Shown one piece after another: positions 49,901-58,827 of a stretch of DNA of 64,000 bases. Source of the stretch: Minisyncoccota bacterium. Its GTDB lineage: Bacteria > Patescibacteriota > Minisyncoccia > Phycocordibacterales > UBA2100. Each line of letters begins with the position of its first letter. The stretch's first letter is position 1. Location of the stretch: positions 126,977-190,976 of the forward strand of contig DATJXE010000004.1 in assembly GCA_035500505.1 (NCBI GenBank), in the 5' to 3' direction. The notes beneath the pieces are model-generated. The model was not told the origin of the DNA, searched no databases, and saw nothing but the letters and a program-made list of their open reading frames with translations. The position numbers were made by a program, and so were the translations under genes.

Positions 49901-50092
49901 AAGAACGGCGAAAAGATGCTCTTCGCAAAGATCGCGGATTTTTCGAGCTCCATCGAGCTCGTCGCCTTCCCGCGCGTCCTCAAAGAGAACGAGTCGCTCT
50001 TCTCGCCGGGCAACTGCATCATGCTCAAAGGAAAAATATCCGAGAGAAATGGGGAGCCCAGTTTCGTCGTTGAACGAGCGCGGGCGCTGTAA
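46919..50092 (+). CDS. dnaE: DNA polymerase III alpha subunit
   Basis: HLHTHSHYS PHP, RGSAAGS, FERFLNPER..PDIDMD, GLLKFDMLGL, FNKAHA. Confidence 0.98.
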   Translation: MSARDFCHLHTHSHYSLLEALPRIPDLVAAAKKDGQKALALTDNGNLYGAIEFYKECKANELKPIIGMDFFVAPRTRHDKEHRIDDQLGRLMLLARSRIGYRNLLKLVSDSYLEGFYYRPRIDRELIERYHEGLIAILPSHGGEAAYGLRHGDKARASQALEWHKKVFNEDCYQEITKHPEIPEHEKEMNALIALARQSGVELIAAHDVYYLDPDDGLACDLVNKIRSGGTLDRENGEYRMRDFSFVPKKRMEELFADLPEALQNAAKVADSCNLELDLGKAIFPLFPIPEGSTADKELRKLAEAGIAERSMKDSPELRQRMNYELGIIEKKGYASYFLIVADLLNHARDVGIFTNTRGSAAGSLVSYLCGITTVDPIAFQMPFERFLNPERPSAPDIDMDIDAYRRDELIEYARQKYGSDKVVQIGTFGTMLARAAVRDVARALGQPYGLGDRIAKLIPFGKQGFPVSIGGSLKEVPELKQVYDADADAREVLDLALKIEGNARHVGVHAAGVVIAPSAVTEYSPIQLDPKGGKTITQYDMYSIVDEYGGVGLLKFDMLGLTNLSVLADSAKRVKERLGVEVDLERLPLDDKKVYDMLSRGETLGVFQMAGSGMTAYLKDLKPTVIHDLNAMVALYRPGPMAFIPEYIERKKNPARVRYLDPRMEKILKPTYGVLIYQDDVMMIAVELAGYSWGDADKFRKAMGKKIPAEMQAQKEKFLKGCIERGMKPNVAKELWEQIETFAAYGFNKAHAASYGNLAYKTAYMKANFPVDYMAALLTAESGDVEKIAETVAECKRMGIKVWPPSVQESMGTFTVIDEENIRFGLNSIKNFGSGVADAIIAARDADSFKDVADFLARVGDKNLNKKQLESLIQSGAMDEFGERGNLLANIDLLLDYHREHLKAPSNMGSLFGGAAQAAPAPLKLPPSDPASMDQRLAWEKELLGLYISGHPLDKHQSKLQNAKITIKHAKENLRGIETVIAGYIESTQPILTKNGEKMLFAKIADFSSSIELVAFPRVLKENESLFSPGNCIMLKGKISERNGEPSFVVERARAL

Positions 50093-50171
50093 CGTTATCC
50101 ACAGTATTGACGTGAGCGTGAGAGGTTCTATTCTACGCGCAGGATTTGAACAACTGAAAAGGGTACGGGGA

Positions 50172-50522
50172 ATGACTCATCATGCGCAATTCGATCGGAA
50201 ACTTTTCGCCAAGGCGGAGCGCTCCGTAAAACGTTTGAACGGGCATCCGACACCGGAAAATTCTCTAATCAAGGAATGCAGTCAACAACTCAAACGAATG
50301 TGTCCGGTATCGTTCGTTGAGTACAGCCAAATGGGCTACGTGGAGCGTCGAAGGATCCGCAGGGCAGTTCGTTCCGCGCTTGAGTTGAAAGAAACGCCGA
50401 CGGACGAGATCGCATACGGCGAATTCAGGCACATGATCGGCCACTGCGAGGACCCGATGTCGCCCAACACGAATCGTGGCAGACTGAGCCGTCTTTTGCA
50501 CTACTTCGCCTCGAGCACCTGA
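50172..50522 (+). CDS. Hypothetical protein (ORFan between dnaE and thrS)
   Basis: TTGACG promoter-like upstream, hairpin downstream. Confidence 0.5.
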   Translation: MTHHAQFDRKLFAKAERSVKRLNGHPTPENSLIKECSQQLKRMCPVSFVEYSQMGYVERRRIRRAVRSALELKETPTDEIAYGEFRHMIGHCEDPMSPNTNRGRLSRLLHYFASST

Positions 50523-50607
50523 TCCAAGTTCATCGCGAATTGAAGCGCGGCAAGGAGCCGCGTTTCTTTTTTGCACCTCACTGATTCCCTGCTATCATCC
50601 TTGGAAT

Positions 50608-51849
50608 ATGGCCGAAAGCGACGATCTGAAGGACCGAGACCATAAAAAGCTCGGCAAAGAGCTGGACCTCTTCACCTTTTCCAACGAGGTCGGCAAAGGA
50701 CTTCCTCTCTGGACCCCTAAAGGCTCCGTCATCCGCCGAGAGCTTGAACGTTTCATCGTCGACGAGGAGATAAAGCGCGGGTATCTGCATGTGTATACGC
50801 CCGATATCGCGAAGCTCGACCTCTACAAGAAGAGCGGCCACTATCCGCACTACAAGGATTCCATGTACGCTCCCATTACTATCGACGACGAGGAATTCAT
50901 GCTGCGGCCCATGACGTGCCCGCATCATTTTGAGCTCTACCTTTCTCGCCCGCACAGCTATCGCGAACTTCCCATCCGCTACGCGGAACTTGCGAAATTG
51001 TACCGCTACGAGCAATCCGGCGAGCTCATGGGACTCCAGCGCGTCCGGACGTTCGAGCTCTCCGATGCACACATCATCTGCGCGACCGAGGAGCAGGCCG
51101 CCGAGGAGGTCTCGAAGGCGCTCGACCTTATCGAGTATGCCGCAGGCGTGTTCGGCCTGAAGCTCGGCAAGGATTTCCACTTCCGGCTCTCCTTGGGCGA
51201 TCGGAACAACACCGAGAAGTACTACAAGAACGACGCGGCATGGGAGAAGGGGGAAATGCTCCTTCGGGAGGTGTTGAAAAAGCGCGGCGAGAAGTTCGTT
51301 GAAGCGAAGGATGAGGCCGCGTTCTATGGCCCCAAGATCGACGTACAGATGAAGAACGTGAACGGCAAGGAGGACACGGCTTTCACGGTGCAATACGACT
51401 TCTGCATGCCGGACCGCTTCGACCTGACCTATGTGGCGGAAGACGGCTCAAAAAAGCGCGCCTTCGTCATCCACCGTTCTTCGATCGGCGCCATCGAACG
51501 GCTCGTCGCGTTCCTCATCGAATTCTATGCAGGTGCCTTTCCTCTTTGGCTCTCTCCGGTCCAGGTCGCGGTGCTGCCGGTATCCGAAAAACACGCGACC
51601 TACGCGCAGAGCGTCTTCGAGGAACTTAGGGCAGCGGGCATTCGCGCTGAACTTTCGGCAGACGATTCGCTCGGCAAACGCATCCGCAACACGAAACTCG
51701 AGAAAATCCCCTACTTTATAGTCGTCGGAGATCAAGAGGTCTCAGACTCCACCGTCACCGTAGAGAATCGCGCCGGGCAGAAAAAGACGGAGGGTATCGC
51801 TCCGCTCATTGAAAAACTGAAACGCGACATCGCTTCGCGCGCGATGTAA
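50608..51849 (+). CDS. thrS: Threonine--tRNA ligase lacking N-terminal TGS and editing domains
   Basis: Starts at RDHKKLGKELDLF; RPMTCPHH, YRYEQSG, AFYGPKID, IHRS..ER, FPLWLSPVQ. Confidence 0.97.
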   Translation: MAESDDLKDRDHKKLGKELDLFTFSNEVGKGLPLWTPKGSVIRRELERFIVDEEIKRGYLHVYTPDIAKLDLYKKSGHYPHYKDSMYAPITIDDEEFMLRPMTCPHHFELYLSRPHSYRELPIRYAELAKLYRYEQSGELMGLQRVRTFELSDAHIICATEEQAAEEVSKALDLIEYAAGVFGLKLGKDFHFRLSLGDRNNTEKYYKNDAAWEKGEMLLREVLKKRGEKFVEAKDEAAFYGPKIDVQMKNVNGKEDTAFTVQYDFCMPDRFDLTYVAEDGSKKRAFVIHRSSIGAIERLVAFLIEFYAGAFPLWLSPVQVAVLPVSEKHATYAQSVFEELRAAGIRAELSADDSLGKRIRNTKLEKIPYFIVVGDQEVSDSTVTVENRAGQKKTEGIAPLIEKLKRDIASRAM

Positions 51850-51861
51850 CCAGAACGGCAC

Positions 51862-51898
51862 AACAAAAACTCCCGCGTCAAAAGCGGGAGTTTTTGTT
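51862..51898. terminator. Bidirectional intrinsic terminator
   Basis: aacaaaaactcccgc/gcgggagtttttgtt. Confidence 0.8.
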
Positions 51899-51939
51899 TT
51901 CACTTTGGAGCGACGCGAGGGCGGCGGACTTTGGTGAAG

Positions 51940-53244
51940 TTAGTTGCGCGAGATGACGATGCGCGGTGCGCCGCCACTGTTCGTGATGGACATCGAGTCG
52001 CTCGTCGGGCGGTCGAAGCCCATGACCGGAAGCGCTTCGATGGTCGAGACTTTCGACGGAGCTTCGATGCGCGTTTCAACGACCGGGGCAACTTTCTTTT
52101 CGATCGTCACCGGAGTGAACGTGCGGCGAGGGATCATCGAGCCCGCGAAGAGTGCCATGCCGCCTTTGTAGTAGACCAAGAGGTAGCCGGCAGCAACCGC
52201 GAAGACCGCGAGCATCAGCCAGTACATCGTGTCACCAAGCGTGCCGAGGTCGAAGCCCGTGTACGGTATCTGCGAGAGCGAGACCGACGGATAGGCGTTG
52301 CCGACCGAAACGTAGGTGTTGCACGTCGCGCTCTGGCCGTTGTAACCGTAGACCGTGAGCACATAGCTCGTCGAGCCGTACGGGTGGACGCTCAAGCTTC
52401 CGCTCGGAGCGACGTTGCCGTAGCTCGAGAGCGTCGCCGAGGTCGCGCCGTAGCTCTGCCAGCTGAGGTAGGTGTACTGACCGTTCTGGATGGAGTTGGG
52501 CGAGGCGTAGATGGAGCACGAGACGTTCTGGTAGTTGTAGTACGTCGGATAGGTGTAATTGTAGTTGTACGGGTAGGTGTACGTCGGGTAAGTGTATTGC
52601 ACCGGGTAGTAGGTCGTCGGGACCTGCGCGATCGGGATGACCGTGGTGGTCGTGTTGGTGTTGCCGCTGTTGCTGATGTTCGTGTTGCAGCTTCCGCCCG
52701 TGCAAGTGTTGTACGTCGAGTTCGAGATAGGCGTTACGATCTGTTGCTGCTGCTGCTGCTGCTGTTGCTGTTGCTGCTGCTGTTGGACGACCGGAGCAGA
52801 GTAATAGCTGCGCGGTGCCGAGATCGCGAATGGAGTGGAATAACCGATCGAGTAGTTGTAGGTCGGGATGGAGTAGTTGTTGTAGCCGTAGCCAGTGTCT
52901 CCGTAGATCGGGTAGGTCTCCTCAGAGTACGTTACGCCGCCTTCCTCGACGCAAGTGTCGCAGCCGCTAAAATCGAGATAACCGCCGTTGTCGCCTGAGA
53001 TGTCCGCATAGCCGCCGTTGTCGCCGGAGAAGTCCAAGTATCCGCCGTTGTCGCCGGAAGTATCCACGTAGCCGCCGTTGTCGCCGGAGAAATCGAGGTA
53101 GCCGCCGTTGTCGCCGGAGAAGTCGATATACCCGCCGTCATCCTGGGCGTGCGCAAAAAGCGGAAGGGCAAGAGCGAAGCCGGAAAGGACCAAAGCTCCC
53201 GTCAAGAGGATAGAAAAGGCTTTCAAATTTAGCTGTGCGGACAT
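51940..53244 (-). CDS. Secreted/surface protein with 10-aa repeats, poly-Q, Y-rich region and IPYTG+TM
   Basis: Signal peptide ending AHA, 6x GGYxD(F/T/I)SGDN-type units, Q15, beta domain, LSQIPYTG then TM. Confidence 0.85.
   Translation of the reverse strand: MSAQLNLKAFSILLTGALVLSGFALALPLFAHAQDDGGYIDFSGDNGGYLDFSGDNGGYVDTSGDNGGYLDFSGDNGGYADISGDNGGYLDFSGCDTCVEEGGVTYSEETYPIYGDTGYGYNNYSIPTYNYSIGYSTPFAISAPRSYYSAPVVQQQQQQQQQQQQQQQIVTPISNSTYNTCTGGSCNTNISNSGNTNTTTTVIPIAQVPTTYYPVQYTYPTYTYPYNYNYTYPTYYNYQNVSCSIYASPNSIQNGQYTYLSWQSYGATSATLSSYGNVAPSGSLSVHPYGSTSYVLTVYGYNGQSATCNTYVSVGNAYPSVSLSQIPYTGFDLGTLGDTMYWLMLAVFAVAAGYLLVYYKGGMALFAGSMIPRRTFTPVTIEKKVAPVVETRIEAPSKVSTIEALPVMGFDRPTSDSMSITNSGGAPRIVISRN
52741..52785 (-). 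repeat. CAG/CAA trinucleotide repeat (15 Gln)
   Basis: 15 consecutive Gln codons. Confidence 0.95.
52963..53142 (-). repeat. In-frame 30-bp tandem repeat, about 6 units
   Basis: ccgccgttgtcgcc recurs every 30 nt. Confidence 0.92.
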
Positions 53245-53294
53245 ATGCGTGGTGGTTTACTTGTAAATTAGTAATGCTTTTGTAAGACGTGAGA

Positions 53295-53322
53295 ATTATA
53301 CTTACATTTTTCCTTATGTCAA
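53295..53322 (-). promoter_or_regulatory. Consensus sigma70 promoter
   Basis: TTGACA-16-TATAAT. Confidence 0.75.
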
Positions 53323-53383
53323 GTATTGAGAATTTCGGGGGACGGGCCTTTTTTAGTGGCCCGCCCCTCGGAGTTTGAAGCGT

Positions 53384-53800
53384 CTACTGGCGCCACGCTT
53401 CGATCGTGTCGGAGTGACGCGGCTGCGGTTGCGGCTGCGTCGACGCCGGCGCCGGGGCGTTCGCCGGCGAGTTGTCGGCGTGCGGCACATAGCCGCGATC
53501 GCACAAGACGTGGGTGCGATAGTCGCCGCGGAACTTCTGCTCGGCCGTCATCGCCATCTTGGGCCCGCCAGTCGTATTCTTGACCTTGACGAGCTTGATG
53601 GCGCGCATCGGGCAGACTTTGCCGAAGCCGGGCGTCATCATGTTGGCGGTGATGGGAGCGCCGTTCCAGTCGCCGCCGGTGATGGTCCAGGTCTGGCCTT
53701 CGAACTCGAAGGTGTTGTTGGGATTGGACTGCGCCTGGGCGGCGTTGGCGGCAGTGAGCGCGGCGATGCAGATCGCCGAAGTAAGGAGGAACTTTTTCAT
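53384..53800 (-). CDS. Hypothetical secreted protein
   Basis: MKKFLLTSAICIAALTAANAAQA signal peptide; P/Q-rich tail. Confidence 0.7.
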   Translation of the reverse strand: MKKFLLTSAICIAALTAANAAQAQSNPNNTFEFEGQTWTITGGDWNGAPITANMMTPGFGKVCPMRAIKLVKVKNTTGGPKMAMTAEQKFRGDYRTHVLCDRGYVPHADNSPANAPAPASTQPQPQPRHSDTIEAWRQ

Positions 53801-53979
53801 CGGATTTCCCTTTGCAAAGGTCCCTCGGCTCACATCGAAGCTGATGTGCGAGGGCTGTATGGGCGCGAATTCTCGTGCACAGACAGCCCTCGCAAAGTAG
53901 ACGTTGAATCAAAGAACAACGGTTGAAAGCCGAACCAGCAGATTAGGATAATCCCTTGGCTTTGGCTATTAACCGCGAC

Positions 53980-54007
53980 ATTATATCACCCACAACTAGA
54001 TTGTCAA
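53980..54007 (-). promoter_or_regulatory. Consensus sigma70 promoter directly after a hairpin
   Basis: TTGACA-16-TATAAT with extended TG; hairpin at about 54014-54049. Confidence 0.8.
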
Positions 54008-54071
54008 GTATGTAAAACGACCCGGGCTATAGAGGCTCCGGGCCGTTTTCTGCACGAAGCAGAATTAGACT

Positions 54072-54809
54072 TCAGCAGTCGGGCTCAATGGCGTAAATGG
54101 GCGCGCCATTGCTCATTTCGCCGACCTTGGTTCTGCTCTTGACTAAAGAGCAATCTTTTTCACCATTGCCAGCAATGTGCCCATCACCGGCATCGGCCGC
54201 CTTGTTGAACGTGAACCTGACTCCATTGCCGAGTGTCGCCATGGCGAGCACCGCAATGAGAAGTATCACGAGGATCACGATGACAACGCTCGCAGCCGAG
54301 CCGGGAACCGGCGGGGCAACGGGCGCAGGGATCGTCGGAGGCAGGGGTGCAGGCGGTGCGATTGCTCGCGCAGCCGTCACTTGCGTCCACGCCGGCCCAT
54401 GCTTGTGCGATTGGAACACCAGCAATGAGAGCCAGCTGAATACCAGGAGTACGATCAGTAAGTCCCTGGCATGGGGCACAGCGAGCAGATCAACGGTCTT
54501 GGGATCGTTTTGTTGCAGGCCGAGGAATACCCAGCCAGCAGTGAGCGTAATGACCAAGCACGCCGTTGCCGAAGCAAGGTAGCTCAACCAGTAAAGCGGC
54601 ATGTTGCCACCTTCGCCGAGTGCGGCATTCAGCAGTTCCAACGCGATATAGACGATCGCGATGTACATGCCATCCTGCACGAGTGAGATCGTCAGGCCAT
54701 AAGCGTTGATGTCCTTCAGACCGATGACGTAGTAGGTAGCCGCAGCCGCAGCCGTCGCGAAGACGACAACAGCGTCGAGCCACGTGATTGTAACGCGCAG
54801 CGGGTTCAT
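54072..54809 (-). CDS. Hypothetical polytopic membrane protein
   Basis: About 5 TM, Pro-rich linker; AAAGGA SD. Confidence 0.75.
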   Translation of the reverse strand: MNPLRVTITWLDAVVVFATAAAAATYYVIGLKDINAYGLTISLVQDGMYIAIVYIALELLNAALGEGGNMPLYWLSYLASATACLVITLTAGWVFLGLQQNDPKTVDLLAVPHARDLLIVLLVFSWLSLLVFQSHKHGPAWTQVTAARAIAPPAPLPPTIPAPVAPPVPGSAASVVIVILVILLIAVLAMATLGNGVRFTFNKAADAGDGHIAGNGEKDCSLVKSRTKVGEMSNGAPIYAIEPDC

Positions 54810-54852
54810 GGTACTTCCTTTCGTTACCGTTGGAGTTGTTGGATTCGGGGTT

Positions 54853-55206
54853 TCAGGTTCGGGTTCGTCCGACGTGCTTGTTGCATATCCGACGAACCAG
54901 GCGAAAGGTACCGCCGATGCCAAGCATGATCAGCTTGACGGCGGCCACCGCTTCCGAAAAGAGTAATATCCGCTCGAAGTTGATGAACCTCGAGAATGTT
55001 TCGAAACGATCACCCCAATCCGGAGCGAACGTTTCGATCAGACTTCCGACGTGTTTGACCAGACCAAGATTGAGGTCCAGTCCATCGTTCAGCAATTTCG
55101 GCTTGAGGATAAATACAAGCACGAAACAAATTGCCGTAACAGTGAAGGCGCCCCCCTTGAAGAGGTGGTGCCTGCCTTGCTCCCACATGTATCGGTGCCA
55201 CCTCAT
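54853..55206 (-). CDS. Hypothetical membrane protein
   Basis: AAGGAGG SD; TTGACA-17-TACTAT promoter (55263-55291). Confidence 0.65.
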   Translation of the reverse strand: MRWHRYMWEQGRHHLFKGGAFTVTAICFVLVFILKPKLLNDGLDLNLGLVKHVGSLIETFAPDWGDRFETFSRFINFERILLFSEAVAAVKLIMLGIGGTFRLVRRICNKHVGRTRT

Positions 55207-55307
55207 GGCCCCTCCTTGATTTTGAATGAGCTCGCCTGCGCCGAAGCGCAGAGCGAACGAGCATAGTATAGTAAAAGTGGCCCCCTGTCAAGGGTTACCG
55301 GCTTTCT

Positions 55308-56519
55308 CTAGAGACTCCGGATCCGACTTGCGACAGTGTTAACATCGGAGCGCGTATACGCAGTGCCGAGCAACGAAGAAATATATCGCAAGATGGCATT
55401 CCAAAAGCCCCGTTCTCCTTGCGTGTTCATTTCGGCGTGATACTTGTCGTCCAACCAATGTTGCGCAAGTTCTTCGCTCACACCCGGATCGCTTCTATGC
55501 GCCCAGCGCGGGTCGGTCGAGAGAGTACGCAACGAGTTGTCAGAAGCCGCTGTGTCTTTCATGAGCTTCTCCATTTTCGTTTGTGCGTTTTTCAAACCGT
55601 CGTAGGCTTGCTTCGTTTCAATCGGCGCATTCGGCTGAAGCGCCTCGCGAGTGAGTACTGACCCAGCGACACCCTCCTGGAGGAATACTGTGCGCAGCGC
55701 GTTGCTGATCTCCGAAGTGTAGCGAAGCCTGTCGGCACCGTGTTTTCGATAGTTGTCGACGATAGCGGAAATACGGCCCAAATTCTGCTGAAAGCCAATC
55801 TGGTTTATGCCGGATTTTAGGTTCGACAACATTGAGTCTCTCCCCTGCATGCGCGCAGCAGCAGCCGATGTCAAAAGTTCTTTCCAGTCATCCCGGTCGA
55901 TCGCTTGCATGACAGTGCCTTTGTCGATGCCATATTTTTCCGCGGTGGAGAACAGCTCGCTCAGTGCTGTCCAATCCGATTTCGCGAAATTACGAGCTCC
56001 AGCCAAGCTGTTGACGATGGCGGCGTATCGTCCTGGGTCCTTGTACGCGTAAACCTTCAGCGCGCGGCCAACTCTGTCTTTTGCGCTCGAATCATCGAGG
56101 GCGAGAATACCGGCTATCTCCGATTCTCCGGGGTGGAGGGCTACCACTCGTGCGATGGTTTCTATGTCTTCGTCCGAGACGAACTTCTCTGCGGTCTTTA
56201 CTGCATCAAGGCCTCGCTGATACTTCCCCATGAGCGAAGGAAGTTCCTTTTGCTCTTCGAGCGAAAGTTCGACGGTCGGCGACGCGTCCGGGCTCTGCGC
56301 GATCAAGTTCAGTTTATTCGAGAGCGACATCAAACGCTGTTGACGCTCGACATCCGGGCGTACTGGCCCCGCAGCCGAAGTGATAGCTGATATGTTTCTA
56401 AGTTCCTCTTCAGCGATCGCCGCGAAGTTGAGTGATTTTTCTTTATCGTTTAAAAGATCTTTTATACCCAACGTTTTAGGCGCTTCCCGTACCGCGCTCC
56501 CGATGCGTTCCATCTTCAT
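55308..56519 (-). CDS. Hypothetical alpha-helical protein
   Basis: 403 aa ORF; TATCAT 6 nt before ATG. Confidence 0.75.
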   Translation of the reverse strand: MKMERIGSAVREAPKTLGIKDLLNDKEKSLNFAAIAEEELRNISAITSAAGPVRPDVERQQRLMSLSNKLNLIAQSPDASPTVELSLEEQKELPSLMGKYQRGLDAVKTAEKFVSDEDIETIARVVALHPGESEIAGILALDDSSAKDRVGRALKVYAYKDPGRYAAIVNSLAGARNFAKSDWTALSELFSTAEKYGIDKGTVMQAIDRDDWKELLTSAAAARMQGRDSMLSNLKSGINQIGFQQNLGRISAIVDNYRKHGADRLRYTSEISNALRTVFLQEGVAGSVLTREALQPNAPIETKQAYDGLKNAQTKMEKLMKDTAASDNSLRTLSTDPRWAHRSDPGVSEELAQHWLDDKYHAEMNTQGERGFWNAILRYISSLLGTAYTRSDVNTVASRIRSL

Positions 56520-56561
56520 ACGGGCATGATAGCAACGAAGACGATACGCGCAAACGCCATA

Positions 56562-57095
56562 TCACCTGGCCCAGGGCGGACGAGTTTGCGACCGCAATGG
56601 GGAGCGAACTTTGCTCAAAACCTCGATATCGGCCTTGATCTTTTCTGCTGCTGCAGGAGATTTCAACTCGTCGATTCTTTTGATGAGTGGTGCAGGGTTT
56701 ACACCAGTGCCTTCAATCCTTTTCAACTCTCCTCGCAGCTCCGCTTGCGTTTGCACTCGGTCTTCTTCTTTTTCAAATGGCGGACCTTGAGGTGCCTCCT
56801 CAGGTGAAGCCGCGGTGGGCGCTTCCGCGGGAATTTCTGGTGCAACTTCGCCAGGAGCGGCGGGCATTTCGGCAATGGTTATGCTGGAACTGTATTTTGG
56901 GTGACCTGGAGCAGGCTCGCTCGTCGGGTCGAGCTGTTGGCGATCGCGTTCGTAGTCGTTTGCGTCTTCAAGTACGACGACGCGGCGGTTCTCGTCCAAG
57001 TACCAGTGCTTCCCCGTACGCGGATCCAGGCTTAACGAAATTTCTGTCGGAGAATTCCGGGGGCTCTCATTCTTTGGCTCAGATTCAATACTCAT
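56562..57095 (-). CDS. Hypothetical acidic/Pro-rich protein
   Basis: TATGAT 7 nt before ATG. Confidence 0.7.
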   Translation of the reverse strand: MSIESEPKNESPRNSPTEISLSLDPRTGKHWYLDENRRVVVLEDANDYERDRQQLDPTSEPAPGHPKYSSSITIAEMPAAPGEVAPEIPAEAPTAASPEEAPQGPPFEKEEDRVQTQAELRGELKRIEGTGVNPAPLIKRIDELKSPAAAEKIKADIEVLSKVRSPLRSQTRPPWAR

Positions 57096-57184
57096 GGCTC
57101 TTATCATAACAGTGCATAAAAAAAATGCATGGCGGGTCCGAGGACTCCGCCATGCGAGGGTGACCGTTTGCCAGGCGGTAAAGA

Positions 57185-58042
57185 TCAGGCGGCCAGCTGT
57201 TCCGGAAGCTTCAACGGCTGTTCGAGCGAGAGACGCTCGAACCTCTTGAACATAGTGGGAAGAGCGCTCGAGGGCATCTCGTGCACTTCATGCCCCACTT
57301 TCGGCTTGCCGGTAAGCATCCACGCCTTGCCAAGGTGACGAACGAGAACGGCTTCGCTGTCCTTGCGCGAGAACCTGACACGGTAGAGACGGCTCGTCCA
57401 CAGGAACACGCCGCAGAAGATGTCGCCGACCCGCTCCTTCATCAGGGTCGCCATCTTCCTCTTCGAAAGTTTTGTGCCGTTCACGTCACCAAGGGGGAGC
57501 TTGTCTTCCTCCGTGATGTCCTCGGTACTTGCCGTATCGAGGAGCGTTGTCGCCCCACTATAAGCGACCGCACCGGAGATGAACATGTTGGCCTGGATGA
57601 GCTGCTTCGTTTCTTCGGTCGCGCCTTCCGGATGGCCCGACCAGATCTCGTAGTAGACCTCATTGTCTCTTTCCAACGGCATGGCACGGATGATTCCGGG
57701 CGCCATCTCGCGGAAAGTCGTGAAGTCAATGTATTGACGGGTCTGCCGTTTCTTCGATTGCTCCTCGGTGAACGTGAAGTTACGCACGGGGATGGTCTTG
57801 AAGTCGTCGCTTGGCTGGGTCGGGATAACGAGTCCGCCCGGCGACATCTTGAACCCCGGCCCAACATCTTCCATCGGAAGGTGTTGCCCGGGACCAAAGC
57901 CGATGCCCGCGACGACTTCCGTTTCGGTCTTCTCGGCAGTGCTGGAATAGCGCATTCCGCCGAAAAAGATACGGTCGTCGAGCTTGCCTTGGACCATGCG
58001 GGGACGACGGCCGGGGATGAAACGTGCTGCGTTGCATTCCAT
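57185..58042 (-). CDS. Hypothetical protein (ORFan)
   Basis: 285 aa; GGAAGG SD; TTGACA-17-TACACT promoter (58115-58143); hairpin 57127-57155 downstream. Confidence 0.75.
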   Translation of the reverse strand: MECNAARFIPGRRPRMVQGKLDDRIFFGGMRYSSTAEKTETEVVAGIGFGPGQHLPMEDVGPGFKMSPGGLVIPTQPSDDFKTIPVRNFTFTEEQSKKRQTRQYIDFTTFREMAPGIIRAMPLERDNEVYYEIWSGHPEGATEETKQLIQANMFISGAVAYSGATTLLDTASTEDITEEDKLPLGDVNGTKLSKRKMATLMKERVGDIFCGVFLWTSRLYRVRFSRKDSEAVLVRHLGKAWMLTGKPKVGHEVHEMPSSALPTMFKRFERLSLEQPLKLPEQLAA

Positions 58043-58160
58043 GACATACCTTCCTTTCCTATGGGTATGTGTTGCGAACTGGCGGATGCCAGAGTGCTCT
58101 CTGCACTGATGCGCAGTGTAGCATCAAATTACCCCTCTGTCAATAAATTCTAAAATAAAA

Positions 58161-58187
58161 AGGGCGCCGCGAACTTCGCGGCGCCCT
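58161..58187 (-). terminator. Intrinsic terminator
   Basis: agggcgccgcgaa/ttcgcggcgccct followed by T-run on minus strand. Confidence 0.8.
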
Positions 58188-58211
58188 GTCTTCGTTGAAC
58201 GGGGTCTCAAT

Positions 58212-58700
58212 TCAGCTGACCGGAACGGCCGTCCCGCCCAACACGCGAGTGTTGACGATGAGCATGATAAGGATGCTGCCGATCAATGAGCCGAGCATGG
58301 CGAAGAAGAGCACGCCGGCGATCGTCGCTCGGTCCCCGATTATGCCGAGATGAATTCGGTCGTACCAGACGATCAGCATCTCGGCGACAAGCGCCACCGA
58401 AATGAGCAAATCGAACACGACCGAGACCCAGCGATCCTTACGCACGACGGTGAGCGCGGCCGTGATCGGTTCGACGACTAGGTAGATCGTGACGATCCAG
58501 AGCACCGTGACCAGCGATGGTTCGTTGTCCGCGATCCAGAACTGGTAGATGATCCACGCGGCGAATAACACGCCGAGGAGCGAACTACACATGTTGGCCC
58601 CGATATGCATTCGGCGGTGGTGCAAGATTTCCCCGGTACGATGCAAAATGGTCTCGCGCGGAATTTGCGGGCTCGATTGAGGAACGGACGTATTGGACAT
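58212..58700 (-). CDS. Hypothetical 4-TM membrane protein
   Basis: GGAGG SD; four hydrophobic segments. Confidence 0.75.
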   Translation of the reverse strand: MSNTSVPQSSPQIPRETILHRTGEILHHRRMHIGANMCSSLLGVLFAAWIIYQFWIADNEPSLVTVLWIVTIYLVVEPITAALTVVRKDRWVSVVFDLLISVALVAEMLIVWYDRIHLGIIGDRATIAGVLFFAMLGSLIGSILIMLIVNTRVLGGTAVPVS

Positions 58701-58827
58701 GGGTTCCTCCCTGTTGTCCGTTGGATACACTGGCGCAAGTAGTACTCCAAAATGAGTTCGCGTCAAGAAAACAAAGAAGGCACGCCAAGTGGGCGCGCCT
58801 TCTTAGATTTCGGACAGCGCTTGCGGT

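Noticed and set aside
52963-53142. Regularly spaced repeat resembling a mini-CRISPR
   Set aside because: 30-nt period is in frame, variable parts are short and similar to each other, and no cas genes are present; it is a protein repeat.
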